Sequence record: MZ475898.1
Strand: one strand, 5' to 3'
Length of the DNA: 64,000 nucleotides
Part shown: positions 17,683-27,903 of the stretch, piece after piece
Layout of the letters: every line of letters begins with the position of its first letter
Numbering within the stretch: the first letter of the stretch is position 1
Program-made: the position numbers and the translations under genes
Notes under the pieces: generated by a model
What the model saw: only the letters and a program-made list of their open reading frames with translations
What the model was told of the DNA's origin: nothing
Database searches by the model: none

Positions 17683-20600
17683 CTACTGGTATCTGACGGT
17701 CAGCACAGAACTACCGAAAGCACGCGCATTGGTACGATAGATACAGACAACATCTGTCAGGTTATCGTAGACTCTGCGACCAACAATCGGTCCTGTTTTA
17801 CCATCTGATCCCGTTACTGGCCACTGAGCACCATCAAAGCCTAACCACGCACGATTCACGTTACCTGTAGCATCAGCAGCAGCGCTGAACACAGGCGTAC
17901 CGTAATCTTGGCGCACAACAAAGTAACCATATTCCTCTGTCTTAGTTGACAGCACGAACTGGCCACCAGTATTAGAGCGCAAGCGCGTAGGCAGTTGATC
18001 GAGTGCAATGCTTATCGTTGTCAAACCGAAAGGTGCAACACCGAAACGAGGATAGGATGAATACGCTGTCATGAAGTGGGTTTGCGTCAAGCGCTGTTGC
18101 CCTTCAATGTACAGTGCTTTCACACCAAACTTGGTATCGTTGAGCAACGTACCGATAACCAGCTTACCTGTCTGAGCGTTAATGCTGATACCTTGCACGT
18201 CTACAACGTCACCCTTCTCGTTTGTTATTTGCCACAGACATTTGGCGCTAACATCTTCCTTGTCAAACGTACCAGTACGGCCGAGCAATGCGCTGATCTG
18301 CATCGCGCTATCATCGCGCACGTTAGTGTAACCACCCACAGATAAATCTTGAGGGAAGCCAACGCCAGGACAAACGATTGTCTGTGTCAGGCTTATCGTG
18401 GTGCGCTGTTCCGTAATGATACACTCCACTTGAACAGTCTGTGGGTCCTTCGAAGCAGCAAAACTAAACGTACCGTCTTGCGCTAAGGTGAATCCAGTAG
18501 ACGACTTAACAACGTTCCATTGGAATGACACAGAGTTAGCATCAGGCAGAACAGACGAGCCTGTCGCACCAGAACGGCGTTCATAGTATGCGATAAACTT
18601 GTAGTCCTTGTTCGGCTCGATGTTTGAAGCAGGGTTCTCGATGGCTCCACTAAGGATAGTGTTCAACGTTTGCAGATTAACCGTACGACTGCTGGTAATC
18701 GTTTCATCCACCAGCGAATACGGGTTCTGCTTGGTGAACGTGGCGTTGATTGTAATCAGGCCATCAGACAACTGAGACTGACCTATATACAGATGACCGT
18801 TAAGCTGATCAATCGATACGCCATCAACGTTGGTGCTTTCCCCGATAGACCACAATGCGTCTGTTGTTGTCAGCTCATCATCAGGGTCGATAATGATACG
18901 CAGCGAGAACGGAACGAACCAGCGGCCATTCTCGTACCCAACATCTGGGTTACGATCAGACACATCCCACACAATATCAGGACCAACGATACCCATCTGA
19001 CGCAGATACGTGTTAGCCTGTACGAGGAATACAGTCAGCGTCTTTTCAATCTGATATTGGTCGCAGGTATAACGCGCACGCAACGTCACAGCACCATTAA
19101 CGTTCTGGTTAGGTGTGATGTTACCTTCATCGTCAATCACTGCGATTATATCGTCGGTCGGCACAAGCACTGTCGTATTATTAGGACCTGCCTGTGTGTA
19201 ATACTGACCAATGATAGCCCACTCAGCATACTGCTCAAGCTCGAACGTGGTAGGCTTCTCTTCCAGATATGAACCATCAATCGTTCGTGCTACGCCGCCT
19301 GTTTGATACGTGAGTACGAGCGCATACGACTCAGACAACACGCCAGCAGAAATCTGAGTAGCACCTTCAATGCGACTGTTGATCACATTGTTGATACTCT
19401 CTTTAGGCTTAGGCGAAACGATCAAATCAATCTTGTTGCTCACACGGAAGAACGAAGCAATCACCTGAGTGTACGTCGGATAGAGACACTTGCCCGCTTG
19501 CAGTATCGCACCATCGTAGAACGTATTCTCCAAATCAGTCAGACTCGCAATGGAGTTGAACATAGGCAGCTTGGAGACTTTCATCGCACGGAAGTCTTTG
19601 TACGAGGCAGGCGTTGAGCCTTCTACGATTTCAACAACAGCCATACCGCTATAACGACCAGGCGAGAACTGTAGGACTTTGTAATCGTCTGTGTCTTTAT
19701 CAGGCCAGTTGCCAGACCACTGTGCGGCAGTAACGTACTCCTGAGTACCATCTGCATAGGTTGCAAGCAAACGCACAAAGGTACGTGTGTTCGAATACAG
19801 GGTGTCAGGACATTCGATAGTGATTGAATCCACCAGCGCACGTAACGGGATAAGCTGAATGTCTCGGTAGTTTACTAGCTCAGTGCCTTCGTATTCATAG
19901 TGCATCGTAATACGTGCAGCACCATGCAAGTCACCTTGGAAGTAAAGCGAGTATTCATCCGACTGACGTTCCATAATCGGATCATACACACTGTTGGACG
20001 AGGCAGATACGTTCAGCGTTACCCAGCGAGCATAATCAGGATTGTCGGGGTCATACTGCGTTGGGTCCTGACCTTGTTCGACAGCTTCCTGTTGCAGCTT
20101 GATTGTACGCTCACGCGCTTCTTCCTTGGCACTCGCACTCGGCACGTATTCAACGCTAACCGATGCCGCCGCCGCATACACTTGGCCATCGTTCCACAAA
20201 CAAACAGTCGGCAGCATCAACGTATTACCGTTACCGATAGACGAGGAGCTACGCAGATCCACCTGCTTAGGAATCATGATAGTGTCATTGATCAAGAACA
20301 GGTTCTGGTATGTCTGTGTCGTACCTTCTGTATAAGCAAAGCACAGAGCATAACGCACAGCATCACCATCAACCAGAGGCGCAGTGAACTCACCGCTCTT
20401 CGGGTCAACATACGTGAGGGCATGTGTATCGGTCGCTGTGTCAGCACGACTGAACCAGACGCCTTGAACCTCTGTGTAAGCTACCACGATCGAGGGGTCA
20501 CGCGCAGCAATCTGCTCAGGCGTTGCAGCGGCAAGAACATACAGCGCCATAGCCTTAGGACGAATGATTGTGCGTTCAACGATGGTGTCTGGTATAACTA

Positions 20601-22209
20601 GGTCAACAGTAGCAAGCGCAATCTCAGGCGCCTTCATCTTAATCTGACGCACAGCCTGAATAGGAGTGACGTCACCAAACTCAGCATACAGCGAGGTCAT
20701 GTAATCCTGACGCATCACCTTAGACTTGAGCGTGGACTCCACAATGTCAGTCCATTCAGAGGTAGAGCGGCACTGTGCAGAGGAGACCTTAGACGTACCA
20801 TCGTTGTATGTAACGACATACTTGATAGCTTGGTCCTGCCCTTGAGCAATCTCGTCATCAACAAGAATCTCCAGATTAACAGGCACAAGGTCCTTGACGC
20901 TGCGGTTGACAGCAAACTCTTTCGTCTGCGTCATATCAAACTGACCCTGGAAGTCTACCGTGATATCCAGAGTGGTGTCAGCATCGACACTAGGCAGCAC
21001 CAACGTCGAACCGTTGAACGTACCCAGAGTAGAACTCAGTTTGACCATACCGCTATCAGTCAGGTCTTTTGTTTGGCCAGTAGTTTTATACAGACCATAC
21101 ACTTTAACCTTAGCGCTTGAGTTACCGTACAGGCTAGACGTTTCGATTGTCAGCTCATCAGGGTCAGGCTCAACGCCGATAGGATAGATGCGACTCTCCA
21201 GCACTTGGCTGGTGGTGTTGTAGCGCAAAGTAAGGCTGATCGATGTGATAGCAAGAGGCTCATTGAAACGCACAGCATTACCATCACGCTCTGCAATCCA
21301 CGAACTGTCTTCTACCCACACTTCGACTGTTTGTTCTGTGTTGTCGCTGTAGCTGATAACAGCACCGAACGTCATCCACTCACCACCACGAATAAACTCA
21401 GGCTGAATGAATGAGATAGCAGACTGCAAAGGACTGCCTACAGTGAAGCGGCGAATAGGCTCGACCACTGTATGTGCACCGATATAAATCTGCGCTGTCA
21501 TGTTGATTGCAGCGTACACGCCTTCCAGAACTTCTTCGATAGGCGCCCACTGGTAGAACAGCTCGGAGATGCGACGATAGAACATTGCACTACGCGCCGT
21601 GTACTGCTCAACATCATTGTTCACAGGGTCAAAGCCAATGTGGTTGTTGAACCAGTCTTCGGCTTCTGTTTGCGTCAACCCTACTTGCTGTAGCGCATTC
21701 ACAACATCGGTCTGTGCGTCTTTTGTGATCGTCAGGTCAAGGCCACCGTCAATCAAATGCGCATCGACTTCCAGATTAACCTTGTTCGTCTTATACCACT
21801 GGCCACCATCTTGAATCAAAGCACCAAGAGGCGTAGGCAGGAATGTCTGATAGTCCGCTGTGTACAGACGGTTAGTATCAAATTGGCCACCCAGCAACAG
21901 ACCAACAAACTTGTTCCACTGTGTTGTTCCACTGACTTGCTGCCAATCAGGCAAGCAATCGATAACACGCTTTAACGTAGGCAGACGCGCACTCATCAGG
22001 TCACGCGTCAAGTTGATGCCTAACTGGCGAATGGATGCAGCCGCCAGTTCATCGTTAGAGTCAGCATTGATGCGACGAAGGTCTAACAGTTGTTGAATCG
22101 CTGTCAGGTTTTGTTCATCGTTGTGATCATCAAAGATTTGGAACAACTCAGCCCATGCTTCATTCGACTCAACAAAGTCGATGTTAAAGGCTATTGAGTT
22201 AGTCTTCAC
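17683..22209 (-). CDS. Large baseplate wedge protein (gp7-like position) with multiple Ig-like domains
   Basis: 1508 aa directly after the gp6-like gene; repeated beta-sandwich-like segments. Confidence 0.65.
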   Translation of the reverse strand: MKTNSIAFNIDFVESNEAWAELFQIFDDHNDEQNLTAIQQLLDLRRINADSNDELAAASIRQLGINLTRDLMSARLPTLKRVIDCLPDWQQVSGTTQWNKFVGLLLGGQFDTNRLYTADYQTFLPTPLGALIQDGGQWYKTNKVNLEVDAHLIDGGLDLTITKDAQTDVVNALQQVGLTQTEAEDWFNNHIGFDPVNNDVEQYTARSAMFYRRISELFYQWAPIEEVLEGVYAAINMTAQIYIGAHTVVEPIRRFTVGSPLQSAISFIQPEFIRGGEWMTFGAVISYSDNTEQTVEVWVEDSSWIAERDGNAVRFNEPLAITSISLTLRYNTTSQVLESRIYPIGVEPDPDELTIETSSLYGNSSAKVKVYGLYKTTGQTKDLTDSGMVKLSSTLGTFNGSTLVLPSVDADTTLDITVDFQGQFDMTQTKEFAVNRSVKDLVPVNLEILVDDEIAQGQDQAIKYVVTYNDGTSKVSSAQCRSTSEWTDIVESTLKSKVMRQDYMTSLYAEFGDVTPIQAVRQIKMKAPEIALATVDLVIPDTIVERTIIRPKAMALYVLAAATPEQIAARDPSIVVAYTEVQGVWFSRADTATDTHALTYVDPKSGEFTAPLVDGDAVRYALCFAYTEGTTQTYQNLFLINDTIMIPKQVDLRSSSSIGNGNTLMLPTVCLWNDGQVYAAAASVSVEYVPSASAKEEARERTIKLQQEAVEQGQDPTQYDPDNPDYARWVTLNVSASSNSVYDPIMERQSDEYSLYFQGDLHGAARITMHYEYEGTELVNYRDIQLIPLRALVDSITIECPDTLYSNTRTFVRLLATYADGTQEYVTAAQWSGNWPDKDTDDYKVLQFSPGRYSGMAVVEIVEGSTPASYKDFRAMKVSKLPMFNSIASLTDLENTFYDGAILQAGKCLYPTYTQVIASFFRVSNKIDLIVSPKPKESINNVINSRIEGATQISAGVLSESYALVLTYQTGGVARTIDGSYLEEKPTTFELEQYAEWAIIGQYYTQAGPNNTTVLVPTDDIIAVIDDEGNITPNQNVNGAVTLRARYTCDQYQIEKTLTVFLVQANTYLRQMGIVGPDIVWDVSDRNPDVGYENGRWFVPFSLRIIIDPDDELTTTDALWSIGESTNVDGVSIDQLNGHLYIGQSQLSDGLITINATFTKQNPYSLVDETITSSRTVNLQTLNTILSGAIENPASNIEPNKDYKFIAYYERRSGATGSSVLPDANSVSFQWNVVKSSTGFTLAQDGTFSFAASKDPQTVQVECIITEQRTTISLTQTIVCPGVGFPQDLSVGGYTNVRDDSAMQISALLGRTGTFDKEDVSAKCLWQITNEKGDVVDVQGISINAQTGKLVIGTLLNDTKFGVKALYIEGQQRLTQTHFMTAYSSYPRFGVAPFGLTTISIALDQLPTRLRSNTGGQFVLSTKTEEYGYFVVRQDYGTPVFSAAADATGNVNRAWLGFDGAQWPVTGSDGKTGPIVGRRVYDNLTDVVCIYRTNARAFGSSVLTVRYQ

Positions 22210-23669
22210 TGATTCATCTTCCTTTCGCTATAAAGGATATTGACTCGCAGGTTACGCAGCGCAACATACTCAAGCACAGTGTTAGGAATGATATCCTGGA
22301 CAGGGCTTGGGATATTGCAGTAGTCCACTTCCGGGCGGCGCACTGGCTTGTCTGGGTCTGTCCAGTCGTACAGCACACGGTCAGTAATGTCAGACAGCGC
22401 AAGACGTTTACCCAACATGCCTGGGCGGCGCTCAAACAACTTGAGGACAGACGCTTCCAGTACAGACTGATTCGACTCACGCGTACCTGGTGCATCAGCG
22501 TAAAGCGACACATCCAGTACACAGTCGATCTGCAACTTGTCAGGGTTCCATGATTGAATATCGAGTGGGCTGCTGTACTGTGAAAGCCAATTGAGGAACT
22601 TAGTCCACTGTGCAGACGAAGGGTTCGGGTTGATGCCTCCCCACGAGCTGGTGTTACGAGGCAGCACACAGATACGCACAACGCCTTGCCACTCTTTGTC
22701 GTTAGGTGCTATCTCTGCTTGCCCCTGAACAACAACGTCAGAAACATCAGGATAGAGCGCACACGCTGCCTTCCATTCATCACGACGAATCAGTTTCTTG
22801 CGGCTACGACCAACGATTGGACTGTAGTTGCGATAATACTCAGGAGGAGTTTCATCAGAACCTCCAAGCGCGGCAGTAGTAGTCTTGCCTTGAAGCTGAG
22901 GGTTATCTAAGCACTGCACCTTCAGGCCCATGCTGTCAGTATTGCCCGCAGCGCCTACAGCTTTGATGCCCTGAACTTTCATCGTATAGCCAGCTGGTGG
23001 TTTGATTCCCCACTGCTCACCACCGAACTGAATCTCAACGTCACCGCTATCTGTCGTCACATCGAGGAAGATCTGTTGTCCAGCATACGCTTCAAACAAA
23101 CACTTCTCATAGCGCTGATACTCAGTCTTGGTACCAGTAGGATGTTCGAACCAGACACGCAGGTCAGACGTAAGCTCAAAGTTCTCGGTGCCTAGAGCAA
23201 CAGTCATGTAATCATACGGGTTAGTGATAACTTGGCTGAACGTGAACATGCTACCGATAATCAAATCAACTGTCTTGACTTCGCCTGGTGCCCATTGAGT
23301 TACTTCGGACAGGAGGGCTGAGCTATCGCCCACAGTGAATGCCGTATACTTGTCATAACTGACTTTCACAGCACTCAGGTTAGCGATGGTAGCACTGACC
23401 GTAGACGTTGACTTGCGTCCAATATCCACACCCAGATAGCGGGCGTTAGCGAGGAGGCTTGTGTTACGACGAGCAAGACGGCTGAACGCTTCACGCGCTG
23501 CAATCAGTGTAGCCCATGAGTTAGACACACCGATATCGCCTAGAGCATCGGCAAGGAGTGCAGTCAATGAACTGACTTGACTATCAGTCCAGTAAGAAGA
23601 TTCGTTGATACGCTTGAGGAAGTCTTGTGCAAACTCCTCGTGCGTAGTATACGTGTTAAGCATGGACAT
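22206..23669 (-). CDS. Baseplate wedge protein (gp6/baseplate J-like)
   Basis: 487 aa; IQFGGEQWG..P and ALGGSDETPPEYYR...LIRRDEW are gp6-like motifs. Confidence 0.8.
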   Translation of the reverse strand: MSMLNTYTTHEEFAQDFLKRINESSYWTDSQVSSLTALLADALGDIGVSNSWATLIAAREAFSRLARRNTSLLANARYLGVDIGRKSTSTVSATIANLSAVKVSYDKYTAFTVGDSSALLSEVTQWAPGEVKTVDLIIGSMFTFSQVITNPYDYMTVALGTENFELTSDLRVWFEHPTGTKTEYQRYEKCLFEAYAGQQIFLDVTTDSGDVEIQFGGEQWGIKPPAGYTMKVQGIKAVGAAGNTDSMGLKVQCLDNPQLQGKTTTAALGGSDETPPEYYRNYSPIVGRSRKKLIRRDEWKAACALYPDVSDVVVQGQAEIAPNDKEWQGVVRICVLPRNTSSWGGINPNPSSAQWTKFLNWLSQYSSPLDIQSWNPDKLQIDCVLDVSLYADAPGTRESNQSVLEASVLKLFERRPGMLGKRLALSDITDRVLYDWTDPDKPVRRPEVDYCNIPSPVQDIIPNTVLEYVALRNLRVNILYSERKMNQ

Positions 23670-24088
23670 TATTGGGCCCTCATGGCAAACGTAACTGACT
23701 GCGTGTTTTCCAGTTTAGGACAACGCCAGTTGATGGTACACACATAGGTCTGATCGTACTGAGCGCTCATACCACACGTTGTCCGTACATCGGTAACGTC
23801 ATCAGTCAACCCATTTGCCGGGTCTTCTAGTGCGATACGCATGTAGGTTGCAATCCACTGCGCGGTCTTATCATCAAACGGTTCGAACAGGTATTGATAG
23901 ACGTCAGCACCAAACGCTTCACGCCATTTACGTGAACGCTTTCTTGTACCAACAACCATCAGAATCTTTTGGACGATGCTGTCCATGTTCTGGACGTTAT
24001 CGCGCGGCTCAAGATGAATCCACACGTTAACGTCACAGTAAACACGCTCGGAGACAGGCACGTCAATCAAACGAATAGCGATAGCCAT
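23669..24088 (-). CDS. Baseplate wedge protein (gp25-like)
   Basis: 139 aa; ILMVVGTRKRSRKWREAFGADVYQYLFEPFD is a gp25 pattern. Confidence 0.8.
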   Translation of the reverse strand: MAIAIRLIDVPVSERVYCDVNVWIHLEPRDNVQNMDSIVQKILMVVGTRKRSRKWREAFGADVYQYLFEPFDDKTAQWIATYMRIALEDPANGLTDDVTDVRTTCGMSAQYDQTYVCTINWRCPKLENTQSVTFAMRAQ

Positions 24089-24378
24089 TAGCCAAATCTC
24101 ACGTTGTTGCTGCCATTGGATGCGGTGTCATTGCACGTATTAGGGTCACCATTGCGCTGAGCAGGCTTACCGTTAACACGCACAGTCGAACTGGAAATAG
24201 CGTAGCCCACATGCGGTGGTTTCTTAGGAGCTGAGTGCGGTTGATACGCATCTCCATGACGCACGCTCCCCTTACCATTGATCATGACATTAGCTGAGGC
24301 TTGTACTGCGACAACAGGGTAGAACCCGTTGTGTCCTGTGGACAGGTCTGCACCTAACCGAATTGCTTTCTGGCCCAT
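24088..24378 (-). CDS. PAAR spike-tip protein (gp5.4-like)
   Basis: 96 aa; AIRLGADLSTGH, VMINGKGSVRHGD, VRVNGKPAQRNGD with His/Cys metal ligands. Confidence 0.9.
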   Translation of the reverse strand: MGQKAIRLGADLSTGHNGFYPVVAVQASANVMINGKGSVRHGDAYQPHSAPKKPPHVGYAISSSTVRVNGKPAQRNGDPNTCNDTASNGSNNVRFG

Positions 24379-24401
24379 TGTTATTCTCCTCTGTTAGGCA
24401 C

Positions 24402-24409
24402 AAATTAGC
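24402..24409 (-). promoter_or_regulatory. Candidate late promoter motif GCTAATTT
   Basis: 24 nt upstream of the PAAR ATG, just after a terminator. Confidence 0.55.
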
Positions 24410-24425
24410 TTTATACGCGACAGAA

Positions 24426-24460
24426 ACAAAAACGGGCAGCCTAATGGCCACCCGGTTCTT
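24426..24460 (-). terminator. Intrinsic terminator
   Basis: Minus strand CGGGTGGC-CATTAG-GCTGCCCG followed by TTTTTGTTT. Confidence 0.65.
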
Positions 24461-24477
24461 GCGCTTGGATTTTGTCG

Positions 24478-24639
24478 CTATTCCCACATCCCTCGAACGT
24501 GTGCCACTGTGCCCTCAAGCACGTAGCCGGAATGAATAGAGGAAGGATAGACTGCCTGAGGTCCTTCCTGTAACGATAACAACCGACCAAGCATTGCGAT
24601 TGCTATCAGCGACAATATGAGCAGTACAATCGTCATCAT
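24478..24639 (-). CDS. Small membrane protein (53 aa, below ORF-track cutoff)
   Basis: Manual translation MMTIVLLILSLIAIAMLGRLLSLQEGPQAVYPSSIHSGYVLEGTVAHVRGMWE; purine-rich upstream; followed by a terminator. Confidence 0.45.
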   Translation of the reverse strand: MMTIVLLILSLIAIAMLGRLLSLQEGPQAVYPSSIHSGYVLEGTVAHVRGMWE

Positions 24640-24739
24640 ATCGTCGTTACTCTTCTTTTGGCCGAACGGTATTGCATGGTTTGATCAGATTACTCCGCTG
24701 CCTATCGTCCACGATCACTTAGGTTTCAGTTTCTTCATC

Positions 24740-25690
24740 TCTTTACCGCCTGCGCTGCGGTCAAGCCGCACACCCTGCACACGAATCTAACACAAAGGGG
24801 CGGAAGAACCTTTATGCTCGAAACATGCACCTGGCGAAGGAGGCCACGCATCGGTGATCTGCTGGTGTTAACACACTTTTAAGGCCTTTCTTTTGTGCAC
24901 CATTCAAGAGACAGGGCCACCAGCTAGTGATCTCTTTAAGGTATCGCACTGACTTGTGAACAAGTCACGGGTTGAAAACTATACACTTCCATATGCGCAT
25001 CGGGAGAAACGCATAAGGCTGATGCACAGCTTTGACTAAGAAGGATTGCGCCCGTCGCCCGACTTCACTTGGGTATCGACAATCGTTCTCTCTTACTCCC
25101 TTGAGTACAGCGCAAGGAACACTGAGTCAATGAGTAGTCTGCGGGTGTTACTCACTAGAGGGTGAAAGCCTTTTAGATTCTTTATTCTGCGCAGCACCTT
25201 AATGGACTTGAATCGCCCGCTGGAGTATCCAATAAGGCCCTCTCGGTTAGGCACCTTGCTGCACAGAAAACCCGGGGAGTACGTTACCATATAAAACGAC
25301 TCTCCCCAATGCATACCAGAGCGACTTGATATGCATCAGGCAGTGAACGTTTGCAGAAGTTCAACTGCTTTGCTTCCCGCAGAACTAGAGCCACACCGTT
25401 GAGTATACGGTCCACAGTAGTTACATGCCTAGAGGATATTGCCTTGGAGTTTATGTCCTATGGAATAACCGGGCTCGTCGCGTCGGTGCCACAGCAATAT
25501 TCTATCATGTGGTGCTGGGGTTGTTCCCCACATTATGCGATTGCTCGCAACCAGCTGGAGGTTTGCGTCCGATGAAAAGAATAACTAAGACGCAGATGAG
25601 CTTTTCAGAAAAAACGGCACACCAAGAAAATTGGCTAAACTCAGTGTGCGTATAGATATTACTATCTACAATTTTTATTTACAGATTTTT
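24740..25690. ncRNA. Candidate large structured non-coding RNA, class unidentified
   Basis: Only long gap in a gene-dense window; more than 12 short stems, nested helices, GNRA loops and a possible pseudoknot; no credible ORF; strand unresolved. Confidence 0.55.
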
Positions 25691-25696
25691 CTGAGA

Positions 25697-27460
25697 TTAG
25701 AATGCCTTACGTTCAACATTCGAATAATACGTTTCGTACGGCTCAGAATACAACTCAGGACCGCGCTGCGCACGCACAGTAACATAGCCTGTATGGCGAT
25801 TCACTGCGGTGATTTCGATAGTAGGCTGTTTAGGCTTAATCGTGCCGTAGATAGGCGCGTTCATCGTTGGTGGGTCTGTCTGAATCTTGTTTACAGATTG
25901 CAGTGCAGCACCAGACAGCGTAGGGAACTTAAAGCGCAATTCAGCACGCGTGCGCCCTGTAGCGATCTTGATACTACCCGCAGGCAGTTCAACGCCGCTC
26001 TGTTTCAAGTAAGCTGCGATGCGACGACCGATACCCGCCAATTGGTTCTTAGCGACAGGGTCCATCAGACCATCGAAACTAATAGCTGATTGCGGTTGAT
26101 TCACTGACAGATGCATACCAGTGTTGAAGTAGCCTTCTGCGAGGAAGCGATACAACTGACGAACAATCTCAGGAGTGTTCTGTGCGATCACAGGCGTCAA
26201 CAACTCAGGTGGGTTGGTCTTCATTGGGTCGCGGTATTCAACCTGACCTTGCGAGTAACCCATGCTGATATGCTTAACACGAGGATAAGCAGACTGCAAT
26301 GAACCAGTAGAGCGAATCAGGATAGAGCCAGACTTCGCTTGATCATACAGTTCATCGCTGGTGGTTGTTGAGAACAGGAAGTAGTCGGTAGGCACAGCCA
26401 TACGACCGATAGCTTCGATTGCTTTCGTCTGTACTTCTTTGATCGTCGAGCCGAACACTACACGACTGCGATTAGGCTGAGCGGTAGACACAGCAAAGAA
26501 TGCACCGTACACCACCTTCTGGTCTTTGACGATAGGCGAAGCAGACTTAACCTTTTGACCGCCTGGCAGTGGAGGTAGCTTAACGCCCACCAGCTTGCCT
26601 TTAGTGATTGCTTTGTTAGCAACAACAGGCTTCAAGGAAGACAGCAATTTGTTCAACTCAGACCCGTCAAGAATCTTCTCCAGCGGAACAACGAGGTTCT
26701 GCGGCAGATAGTGTTTCTTGCGCAACGTATAGATAACGGTGTCTTTCTTGATCTGTAACGGAGTAGCCATGTTACGACCAGCTTGACCAACAGGCTGGAA
26801 CGTATTCGCTTTGTCCTGACCAACAGAGCCGAACTCTTTGTCAAACACAGACTGACCGATGATGTTCGCTGCACGCAGATGACCACGCACGTTGAACACA
26901 ATCTTAGGTTCATCTTTCATGCGCAACTCATAGCGGTCACGCGTCAGATAGACCATACTGAACTTGTCGCCTTTCTCCAGCTCAAGGTCATACTCATCGT
27001 TAGCGTCATCGATAACAACTTTCTTACCCTGATAGGTAGCGTACACGCGAGCGGCAGCAGACTCCGAAGCAATCTTCAACGCTACGCCACAGTTAGACAG
27101 CGCGGTAGCATAGTTGGTTGCGTGGAACAGCGCGTCGTTCGATTCCGTGATAGCGACTTCTTTACCGCGTACGCCCAGCGCAAGGTGGATAGCGCTAGAG
27201 CTGGACATGAACACAGTGTGACCTGTATCTTCATGCTTACCAGCAAAGGACATACCACTAACACGCGACACAGACAGCGCATTCAGGTGCGGAGTAGTGA
27301 ACGTATCACCCGCAGCAAAGTCAAAGATTTCACCTTGACGCCACGCGTAACCGATGTTGTTTGAACTCAAGCCAACAAACGCATCACCCACCTGTCGAAT
27401 CGTAGTAGGGATAATGCTGAGATCGCGGACGATCTGATTTTGTTTCTGAATGATGGTCAT
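25697..27460 (-). CDS. Putative virion-internal protein with Ser-motif-rich leader
   Basis: 587 aa; leader with several S-x-S motifs ending ASESA, then the shared ~70-aa domain. Confidence 0.7.
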   Translation of the reverse strand: MTIIQKQNQIVRDLSIIPTTIRQVGDAFVGLSSNNIGYAWRQGEIFDFAAGDTFTTPHLNALSVSRVSGMSFAGKHEDTGHTVFMSSSSAIHLALGVRGKEVAITESNDALFHATNYATALSNCGVALKIASESAAARVYATYQGKKVVIDDANDEYDLELEKGDKFSMVYLTRDRYELRMKDEPKIVFNVRGHLRAANIIGQSVFDKEFGSVGQDKANTFQPVGQAGRNMATPLQIKKDTVIYTLRKKHYLPQNLVVPLEKILDGSELNKLLSSLKPVVANKAITKGKLVGVKLPPLPGGQKVKSASPIVKDQKVVYGAFFAVSTAQPNRSRVVFGSTIKEVQTKAIEAIGRMAVPTDYFLFSTTTSDELYDQAKSGSILIRSTGSLQSAYPRVKHISMGYSQGQVEYRDPMKTNPPELLTPVIAQNTPEIVRQLYRFLAEGYFNTGMHLSVNQPQSAISFDGLMDPVAKNQLAGIGRRIAAYLKQSGVELPAGSIKIATGRTRAELRFKFPTLSGAALQSVNKIQTDPPTMNAPIYGTIKPKQPTIEITAVNRHTGYVTVRAQRGPELYSEPYETYYSNVERKAF

Positions 27461-27468
27461 ATTGATCC

Positions 27469-27903
27469 CTAATACGAAACAAGGCGGAAGGCATTCTTCT
27501 TGAGAAGATTCAAATTGCCTAACATGAGACTGTAGGCCATTGTGCCGTGCTCTTTAATAAGCTCGTCAGGCACAAGTGAACCGAAATAAATTGAGCGGTC
27601 TGGACGTGAGTTAATCTCAATGCCACTAGACTTCATTGCATTCGGTACGATGAAGCACCAAGGCTCTGCAACGTACTTACCTTTCACATACTGAACTCTA
27701 TAGCCAACGGCAACGCGCTGGCCTTTCGGCGGGCTGTATGAAAAGACATCCGTCTGCAATTCGAGGGCTTTCGATACGGAGAAAAGCGCCATAGTCAGAA
27801 AGCGTTGCTCGAATTGTGGAATGAATGCGTTGTCTTCGCATATCTTTTTCAGTACAGCCTCTTGCCGTGCTCGTGGGAACGAAGCGAAGAGGCTCAGGTT
27901 CAT
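27469..27903 (-). CDS. Hypothetical protein
   Basis: 144 aa in operon context. Confidence 0.65.
   Translation of the reverse strand: MNLSLFASFPRARQEAVLKKICEDNAFIPQFEQRFLTMALFSVSKALELQTDVFSYSPPKGQRVAVGYRVQYVKGKYVAEPWCFIVPNAMKSSGIEINSRPDRSIYFGSLVPDELIKEHGTMAYSLMLGNLNLLKKNAFRLVSY

Noticed and set aside
24715-24738. Micro-ORF MKKLKPK (possible leader peptide)
   Set aside because: Too short to distinguish from chance
24797-24923. tmRNA/tRNA-like start GGGGCGGAA and a downstream CCACCA
   Set aside because: No complementary acceptor stem or T-arm; spacing does not fit tmRNA or tRNA
25245-25280. Resemblance to the RNase P RNA 3' motif (ACAGAAAACCCGG)
   Set aside because: The partner GAGGAAAGUCC P4 strand is absent at a suitable distance
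25093-25655. Three 73-76-aa ORFs in the gap
   Set aside because: They overlap each other on both strands, lack convincing SDs and have no recognisable motifs
24380-25696. Group I or II intron interpretation of the gap
   Set aside because: Flanking genes are complete with their own starts and stops; no group II domain V or group I P7 core recognised; no intron ORF
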